NCBI GenBank assembly: GCA_963662285.2
Contig: CAXXMV010000006.1
Coordinates: forward strand, 1,536,001-1,600,000
Length of the DNA: 64,000 nucleotides
Direction: 5' to 3'
Origin: a bacterium
Lineage (GTDB): Bacteria; Hinthialibacterota; Hinthialibacteria; Hinthialibacterales; Hinthialibacteraceae
Shown here: positions 57,500 through 64,000 of the stretch, piece by piece
How the letters are laid out: each line of letters starts with the position of its first letter
Numbering within the stretch: the first letter of the stretch is position 1
Notes under the pieces: model-generated
The model's input: the letters and a program-made list of their open reading frames with translations, nothing else
Database searches by the model: none
Told to the model about the DNA's origin: nothing
Made by a program: the position numbers and the translations under genes

Positions 57500-60391
57500 A
57501 TGAAGAAAATAACCATAATCAGTCTTTTAATATTTTGCGCAAGTTTAGCGTTTTCTCAGGATAAATCATCACTTAGAAGTTCTTTTTTCCCCGTATTAAA
57601 AGATGGTTCTCCCGTTGCGCATGTCACTTTTACCCAACCAAAGCAGAATGTCGGTTTGGGCATGGTTAATCCTGATGGCAGCGGTTATGCCAGTGATACG
57701 GTATTAGGCAAAAAAGGCGTTACTCCCTCAGAGGATTCCAAGGATAGTTTTCTGTATTTTCAAACCGCCAGTGATCAACTGGTTTTGGCGACAGGAACCT
57801 TTTTCGTTACTGTACAATATTACGATAAGGGACAGGGCGCCATATCCCTTGAATATCAATATCTGGATAAAAATAATGAGAAACAACCGCGTGGAGAACG
57901 TATGTTCCTGAGCGACAGCGGATATTGGCAGCAGCATACGTTTAATCTGGTTGGCGCGGTATTTGATCAATCCCTGGAAGGCGGAAGTGATTTCAGAATA
58001 AATTGTCCCGGCGTTTTGATCCATTCGGTCATGCTTACCAGAGTACCAATTGGCAATAAGAACCAAGCGGGACCGTTATTCCGTCATAAAGGAATAACGC
58101 CGCCAATGGGATATGAATTCGGCGTTATTCTAAGAAACGACAAGGTTGATACGATATGGGAAAAAGATGATGTTTTTGAAACAAAGACATTATTATATAA
58201 TGCTTGGGGAGTGAGCAATGTTATAGAGACGGTTAATGCAGCGCTGGTTCAGACGCCGCAGAATGAATTTAATTTTTCCTTGTATAATGAACGGCGTGAA
58301 AAACTGTCCGATAATGGTCTGGTATGGACCCCGCGTTTTAAGATTGGCGATATAAATGATCTTCCACTGAATATTGTTAATTCCCTGCAAATGGCGGTTG
58401 GAACAGGACGCCCCGAAGAAGGTCCTATGGTTTCGATGTGGGATCCTGCATTAGTGGATGTTTATAAAAATATTTTCTCCGCTATGCGTCGCAGTATGTA
58501 TTCCACCCAGCTTCCCAAAATTATATTATCCTTTTCAGGAGATTGGGGGCCGTTGAACTATTCATTTGATTCATCCGGGCGAAAAGGGTGGCCTGATTTC
58601 TGGGCGGGAGATCCAATTGCGCAGAGGAGTTTTAATGCTTATCTACAAAGACGCTATGGCAACATGATCGCCGCCAGGTCGGCATGGCGGGATAAAAATG
58701 CTAATTTTAGTAATATACTGCCAGTGATTTCTAGTGAATTTAATCCTCAACGCTTGATCGATACATATTCCTGGTACAGGGAAAGCATGACTGCGTTGGT
58801 AAGACAAATTGCGCAAAATGTCCGAATGCAGTTTCCACAAACAAGCATTGTCTTGGAGATTGCGGACGATTTTGAGTATGGGGCCACCGATCCTTATTCA
58901 TTAGCATCATTAGCCGCTGAATTGAATGCGTCGATCATAATGACGACAAATGAAGAAAATCCGACCAAATCCGCGTTATGGCAATTATTCGCTTTCGAAT
59001 GCAAGCGCCATAATGTGAAATACGGCCTTAGAACTATCGGCAATAATCATGGAGAGGCGGTGTTATCGGCGCTCTATTCTCTATGCAGTGAAGGGGGCAG
59101 TATTTTTTATTTTCCTGAAGACCTGATGGCGGGAAAGAATGCCTGGAATTACTATGCTGATTCTATTGGCCGTCTTCAGTCAGTTGCATCGCAACCTTAT
59201 GTTGCCGTGGTTTTTCCCAGTACATCTTTAACGGTTGATCCCACCATTCCATTTTTGAGGTTGGCTGGCGAATTACGTGATTTTTTTGGTTTTGATGTAG
59301 TGGATGAACGGAGTCTTGGATCAATTTCAACCCTGGATCATCCCTTGATCTTCTCGCCATGCGGTTCGATTTGGGATGCCAAAGCAATATCCGATTTTGA
59401 GCGTCTCGCCCGTTCAGGAGCAGCGCTGGTAGCCTATACCAATGATCCCTGGATGACTCCTGGGGGAGATGTTGATTTCAACGAGCGATTATTTGCCGTG
59501 CAACTTGAAAAGGGCGCCAATGGTTGGAGAATGCTGCCCCGCAAGCAGAGCGTTCAACCCTATGGAAATAATAATCCCATAGCCAGAGTTGATAAAAGAG
59601 ACCTGTCCATCGGTTCTGAAGGTGATGATATGTTCCTGGATGGTCAATGGGGTGAATCGCAGAATGAAATGACTGCTAATAGTTTCGGTTTTCCGTTTAC
59701 CTCATTTCGATGGATGGGCGAGCGGGGGAATATCAATCTGCCTATGCTGCCCGGCAAGGATTATATGCTTCAGATAGAAGGATTCATCCCAGAAAGAAAA
59801 GCAGTGCAACTCTATCTGAATGGTGAACATCTGGGCGGCATTAGGGGGAACGGACTTTTCCGTTGGCAGAAACCGATTACAGGAAAATTACGAGCTCGCA
59901 ATGGTGACGTCAACCTGTTAATGCGCGGGCAACTATGGAGTCCGGGACGCGTGTTGGGCGCAACGCAGACGCACCGGGTGAGTATGGCTCTTAGTAATGT
60001 GAAAATCGTCCCGATAGGAGAAAAACCAGATAATGTAAAACAGGAAACAGTTGATTTTCGTGATCCTGATTTCCAGAGAAAAACTCTGCGTGGATCATGG
60101 ATGCGGGAAATAGGGCAGGGCGCCACGGTTATCGCTCCAGCCGAGCATGTCAAAGAATGGATTTTCCGTGAAATGCTCAACGCGATTTTAATGCATCCAT
60201 CAATGCTAAGTTCCAGATTCAAATTCAGTTTGCCCCCGGACGGCAAGCGTAATGGAGTATTCGTCAAACCTCTTCTAGGAGGTAAAGCCGCATATCTTAA
60301 TCTAAACAGCCAACCGATTAGGGTTGAAAGTTTGGATCAAAGAGTTCGATCCAAAGAGATTCCACCCAAGGTATTGTATTACACGAATTAA
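57500..60391 (+). CDS. Secreted GH42/GH14-like multidomain protein
   Basis: Signal peptide, beta-sandwich, SMWDP, FWAGDPIA..F..YLQRRYG, WYRESM, trimerisation-like VAVVFP. Confidence 0.65.
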   Translation: MKKITIISLLIFCASLAFSQDKSSLRSSFFPVLKDGSPVAHVTFTQPKQNVGLGMVNPDGSGYASDTVLGKKGVTPSEDSKDSFLYFQTASDQLVLATGTFFVTVQYYDKGQGAISLEYQYLDKNNEKQPRGERMFLSDSGYWQQHTFNLVGAVFDQSLEGGSDFRINCPGVLIHSVMLTRVPIGNKNQAGPLFRHKGITPPMGYEFGVILRNDKVDTIWEKDDVFETKTLLYNAWGVSNVIETVNAALVQTPQNEFNFSLYNERREKLSDNGLVWTPRFKIGDINDLPLNIVNSLQMAVGTGRPEEGPMVSMWDPALVDVYKNIFSAMRRSMYSTQLPKIILSFSGDWGPLNYSFDSSGRKGWPDFWAGDPIAQRSFNAYLQRRYGNMIAARSAWRDKNANFSNILPVISSEFNPQRLIDTYSWYRESMTALVRQIAQNVRMQFPQTSIVLEIADDFEYGATDPYSLASLAAELNASIIMTTNEENPTKSALWQLFAFECKRHNVKYGLRTIGNNHGEAVLSALYSLCSEGGSIFYFPEDLMAGKNAWNYYADSIGRLQSVASQPYVAVVFPSTSLTVDPTIPFLRLAGELRDFFGFDVVDERSLGSISTLDHPLIFSPCGSIWDAKAISDFERLARSGAALVAYTNDPWMTPGGDVDFNERLFAVQLEKGANGWRMLPRKQSVQPYGNNNPIARVDKRDLSIGSEGDDMFLDGQWGESQNEMTANSFGFPFTSFRWMGERGNINLPMLPGKDYMLQIEGFIPERKAVQLYLNGEHLGGIRGNGLFRWQKPITGKLRARNGDVNLLMRGQLWSPGRVLGATQTHRVSMALSNVKIVPIGEKPDNVKQETVDFRDPDFQRKTLRGSWMREIGQGATVIAPAEHVKEWIFREMLNAILMHPSMLSSRFKFSLPPDGKRNGVFVKPLLGGKAAYLNLNSQPIRVESLDQRVRSKEIPPKVLYYTN

Positions 60392-60533
60392 TACGATTGA
60401 ATAAGGCGTGCTCAAGTGGATTGCTTAATAAACATACTCATTATTTTCCATTAATCACAATTTAATATCCTAAAATCATAGTGACTATTCGAGCAGTTTG
60501 AAAATTTTTACTGATCAGTCTTAACCACTCCGC

Positions 60534-60562
60534 TTGACAACGTTAACGATATTCCCAAGAAT
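60534..60562 (+). promoter_or_regulatory. Sigma70 promoter with LacI-like palindrome in the spacer
   Basis: TTGACA-17-AAGAAT; GACAACGTTAAC overlaps the -35. Confidence 0.4.
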
Positions 60563-60629
60563 GCGGAAAGCGTTTTTTTTGTTTTTTTAGAGAATAAATC
60601 TATTTAAAGACTCTTTGGGAGGAGCACAG

Positions 60630-62321
60630 GTGGAGCAAATTGCAGAAGTAAAAAAGACAAAATTGTTTGAAGGCGTCACCCCGTATCATTGGTTTGTCGT
60701 TTTAGTCGCATCTGCGGGATGGCTTTTTGACTGCATGGATCAGCGTTTGTTCGTCATGTCCCGGCAAGCAGCATTGACCGATCTAATGGGTGTAGAGGCT
60801 GCGCAATCAGCTATTGATGAAATGGTTGGTTGGGCTACTACAGCGATGATTTTAGGTTGGGCGACTGGCGGCATCATATTTGGCATGATGAGCGATAGAG
60901 TAGGCCGTGTAAGAACAATGGTTTTAACTCTATTCATTTATGCCGGATTCACAGGGCTTTGCGCATTAGCCAAGGGATGGGGAGACTTTCTCTTCTACCG
61001 TTTTCTGGTTGGTCTTGGCGTTGGTGGAATGTTTGGCGCGGCAACCAGTTTAGTAGCAGAAAGCGTTCCCAGCCGGGTTCGGGCATTGGCCTTGGGAACG
61101 TTGCAGGCGTTGTCGGCATTTGGAAATATACTGGGCGCTTATATTGCTTATCACATTAAACCATCTGAAGCAGAATATATTTTTGGTTTAGCTGGCTGGC
61201 AAGTGTTGTTCACGATTGGCGTCCTTCCTGCGTTTCTGGTTATTCCGATTGTATTCATTCTGAAAGAGCCTGATTCGTGGATCAAGGCTAAAGCAGAATC
61301 TGCCAAAGGTGAAGGTCACAAATCGGTTGGATCATTCAGCGATTTATTTAAAAACAAGCGTTGGAGAACCAATACTATTGTCGGTCTCTGTCTTGGCGTT
61401 TCCGGCATGGTGGGTCTATGGGGCATTGGTTTTTATTCTCCTGAATTAATAACGGATGCTTTGAGCGACAATCCGATAGAAGAAAATTATATTCTGAAAC
61501 CGACGGAATTGGTTCAAACCTTTAATGATTCCGACAATCAAGGCGCAGTATATATTAAAGGTCTGTTGTCGCAATCACTCCAACAGCAAATCGTTGAATT
61601 GAAGGATGCTGAACCATCCGAGGCCATACAGAAAAACATAATTGCAGACCTTAATAAAGTTGTTTTTGGTAAAGCAATTTATTCTGCTGAAGTGTTTCCC
61701 GATCCGTCAGTAATATCTAAAGATGTTGAACGGTTTGTTGAACACGGAACGAAATCAGAAGCGCAATTGGCCAAGTTTAACCGTTTAATTATTGATTATG
61801 TATTGGGTGATAAAATTTACAGTTTGCGGCAGTATTCGGCTGAGACGCGCGCGATTGGCATGGGGTTCTTTGATATTGGCGCGTTTTTCGGAATGTTTGC
61901 TTTTACGTTTATTGCATCGTTCTTCAGCCGTCGTTTAGCATTTTTATTGACGTTTATAATGTGTTTGTTTGTAACCATCTTTGTCTTCTCATCTCTGGAC
62001 AATGCTGTTGACGCCTATTGGATGCTGCCTTTAATGGGATTTGCTCAATTGGCGGTGTTTGGCGGATATTCCATTTATTTTCCGGAACTTTATCCCACTC
62101 GTTTACGTGGCACCGGAGTCGGCTTCTGCTATAACACTGTTCGTTACCTGCTGGCGCCATTCCCGGCATTGATGATGATGATGACGAGCGTATTCTTCAA
62201 TATGGGCTTTAGCCAACCAATCCGGGTTGCGGCGATAATTATGTCATTTATTTATATTATCGGTATGGTTGCTCTTATCTGGGCGCCAGAGACTAAGGAT
62301 CAACCTTTGCCGGAAGATTAA
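60630..62321 (+). CDS. MFS transporter with large loop insertion
   Basis: GWLFDCMD, SDRVGR, LVAESVP, FPELYPTRLRGTG, APETK; GGAGGAG RBS. Confidence 0.92.
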   Translation: MEQIAEVKKTKLFEGVTPYHWFVVLVASAGWLFDCMDQRLFVMSRQAALTDLMGVEAAQSAIDEMVGWATTAMILGWATGGIIFGMMSDRVGRVRTMVLTLFIYAGFTGLCALAKGWGDFLFYRFLVGLGVGGMFGAATSLVAESVPSRVRALALGTLQALSAFGNILGAYIAYHIKPSEAEYIFGLAGWQVLFTIGVLPAFLVIPIVFILKEPDSWIKAKAESAKGEGHKSVGSFSDLFKNKRWRTNTIVGLCLGVSGMVGLWGIGFYSPELITDALSDNPIEENYILKPTELVQTFNDSDNQGAVYIKGLLSQSLQQQIVELKDAEPSEAIQKNIIADLNKVVFGKAIYSAEVFPDPSVISKDVERFVEHGTKSEAQLAKFNRLIIDYVLGDKIYSLRQYSAETRAIGMGFFDIGAFFGMFAFTFIASFFSRRLAFLLTFIMCLFVTIFVFSSLDNAVDAYWMLPLMGFAQLAVFGGYSIYFPELYPTRLRGTGVGFCYNTVRYLLAPFPALMMMMTSVFFNMGFSQPIRVAAIIMSFIYIIGMVALIWAPETKDQPLPED

Positions 62322-62348
62322 TTATGAAATAAACCAATAAACATTGGC

Positions 62349-62397
62349 AAAATGGCTCTACAGCGATAATTCTGTAGAGCCATTTTAATTTATTTTT
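62349..62397 (+). terminator. Intrinsic terminator
   Basis: AAAATGGCTCTACAG/CTGTAGAGCCATTTT. Confidence 0.8.
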
Positions 62398-62684
62398 GTT
62401 TGTAAAGTAGACAACCGTATTACAAAAACCTATTATAATAGTGATATTGATGGGTTTATCGGATATGCAGGAACAATTGGATTTATTTGGTTTTCATTTG
62501 CGTTGTTATTTTTTTAATAATTTTATGTGATTTATTGTAAAAAGCGTGGGTGAATTTATTTTTCCATTTTTCTTTTTTTGATTATTATATTCTGATATTT
62601 ATTGTAAGCGCTTTGTATCTTTTTTTATAAAGAACCAAAATTGTATTATCTTCATATCGGGGATTTAACATAGAGGATTTTTAA

Positions 62685-63611
62685 ATGAATAATTATGCTC
62701 AAGCAGCAGCAGAAATGAAGGAGATGCTCATTAGCGAGTATCTTAAAAAGAATCCTGGAACTAGACGTAACGAAGTAACAACAAAATTAGTTAACGGGCG
62801 GGTTGTAATAGAAACTGTTGGAAATGTAATCTGCAACTGTTCGCCAAAAAATAAAGTTTCGGCTTTTTCTCCCAAAGAACAATCATTGCTCAAGCAACTA
62901 GCGGCTGGCGGTGATGAGCGATATGCGGCATGTTTGGATTCTATTGGTTCATCTAAAAAATATGTTGGATGGCTTCATAGTGCGAAATTTGTCCCTTTTG
63001 GAGATATTGAAAAGAATGAGACATTGGAGTTTCTTGCTAAAAAAGATGAAGTCAGCGGGAGACGCTCTTTAGATATTTTGAATGTCAAAAAACAACTGGT
63101 TCTATTGATGAAAGCCAAAGTGAAAGCATCTAAATCCATGGTGCAAACATTAACCATGGAATATATGCAGGCGGTTCAAGGCCAGTTAAAAGCCCAGGGC
63201 GCAGTCTTTAATAGAGAGATTGATCTGGGCAACTCATTTACTGAAAATGTTGAAAAATTCATTAAAGATAATATTCGCATCGCTCAACCAAAACTTGATA
63301 AAAAATCATTAATTGATATTGCAAAAGCCTATCAGGTGGCAAGCAACCAGAAAATTGATCCCTTAGATATTCCTCAAAAACTTGATAATAAAGAATTTGA
63401 TAAAGCGATTAATAATGTAAAAGATAAACTTGATAAACTCCGTGAAGAATTTGATAATATTCAAAAGTTGATTAATTTTATGGAAGAACTGGTAGATCAG
63501 TTGCTTCAATCGAAGGATAAGGACCTTACTGCACCTCCTGCTAAAGAGGAAAAAACCGGTCCATCCGGTCCTCGTATGGCGTTTTTATCCAAAAGCAGGG
63601 GACGGCGTTAG
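62685..63611 (+). CDS. Hypothetical protein with C-terminal coiled coil
   Basis: AGAGGA RBS; 308-aa Lys-rich ORF. Confidence 0.8.
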   Translation: MNNYAQAAAEMKEMLISEYLKKNPGTRRNEVTTKLVNGRVVIETVGNVICNCSPKNKVSAFSPKEQSLLKQLAAGGDERYAACLDSIGSSKKYVGWLHSAKFVPFGDIEKNETLEFLAKKDEVSGRRSLDILNVKKQLVLLMKAKVKASKSMVQTLTMEYMQAVQGQLKAQGAVFNREIDLGNSFTENVEKFIKDNIRIAQPKLDKKSLIDIAKAYQVASNQKIDPLDIPQKLDNKEFDKAINNVKDKLDKLREEFDNIQKLINFMEELVDQLLQSKDKDLTAPPAKEEKTGPSGPRMAFLSKSRGRR

Positions 63612-63634
63612 AACTATTGTGATTATATTGCATA

Positions 63635-64000
63635 TTATATAAGCGCTTGGCAATATGAAGCGCATGACTTGCCCAAAGCCTCCAAATTATAGCCTCCCTC
63701 CAGGCAGCCGATATGTTTGCCTTTACAGTATTGACCTGCGATCTTGCGGGTGATCTGCGCCAGCTCGGCGTAATGCTTTTCTTCCAGAAGCCAATTGCCC
63801 AATGGATCGTCTTTATGTCCATCGAAACCGGCGGAGACCAGGATAAGTTCCGGATTATAGCGCTTCGCAATGCCCTCTATAGTCTGCTTAAAAGCAGTGA
63901 TAACCTGTTTCGCTTCGATAAACGGGGGGAAGGGAAGGTTGCAGTTGAAACCTTCTCCCTTGCCTTTGCCAGTCTCGTAGGGTAATCCCGTTCCGGGATA
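63635..64000 (-). CDS. Histone deacetylase-family (AcuC/AphA) protein, 5'-partial
   Basis: Not in ORF track; manual translation gives YPGTG, NLPL, PELILVSAGFDGHKDDPLG, LEGGY. Confidence 0.93.
   Translation of the reverse strand, partial: YPGTGLPYETGKGKGEGFNCNLPFPPFIEAKQVITAFKQTIEGIAKRYNPELILVSAGFDGHKDDPLGNWLLEEKHYAELAQITRKIAGQYCKGKHIGCLEGGYNLEALGKSCASYCQALI

Noticed and set aside
63541-63985. ORF-track entries 63541-63870 (-) and 63713-63985 (+)
   Set aside because: Wrong-frame shadows of the deacetylase gene
1-64000. CRISPR array, rRNA or tRNA
   Set aside because: No regularly spaced repeats with unique spacers and no cloverleaf or rRNA signature seen by eye

Overview
Mostly core-like chromosome from a diderm bacterium, probably of an uncultured lineage (taxonomy not determined). 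About 50 CDS: exported hydrolases, two ECF sigma/zinc anti-sigma pairs, a type IV/T2SS pseudopilin operon and a separate pilB-pilT-pilB cluster, ychF, mlaF/mlaD, glycerate kinase, trkA, a CBS-flanked 2-oxoacid:ferredoxin oxidoreductase, SMUG1, a PP2C sensor, an MFS transporter and a partial histone-deacetylase-family gene. No rRNA, tRNA or CRISPR array was seen. An intact 1760-bp IS5-family element (7-bp target duplication) splits a DUF2971-like gene. The intergenic DNA holds at least five families of short hairpin repeats/MITEs that nest in each other and bracket AT-rich genes like cassettes. Best leads: (1) a HisD/HisB paralogue pair with coordinated active-site changes; (2) a pilin whose prepilin cleavage site follows a polytopic membrane domain; (3) a gene flanked by ~100-bp direct repeats plus attC-like scars next to REPs; (4) an unassigned structured RNA upstream of a coiled-coil membrane protein; (5) a probable CTG start codon. 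All protein calls come from motif recognition by eye; no database search was run.
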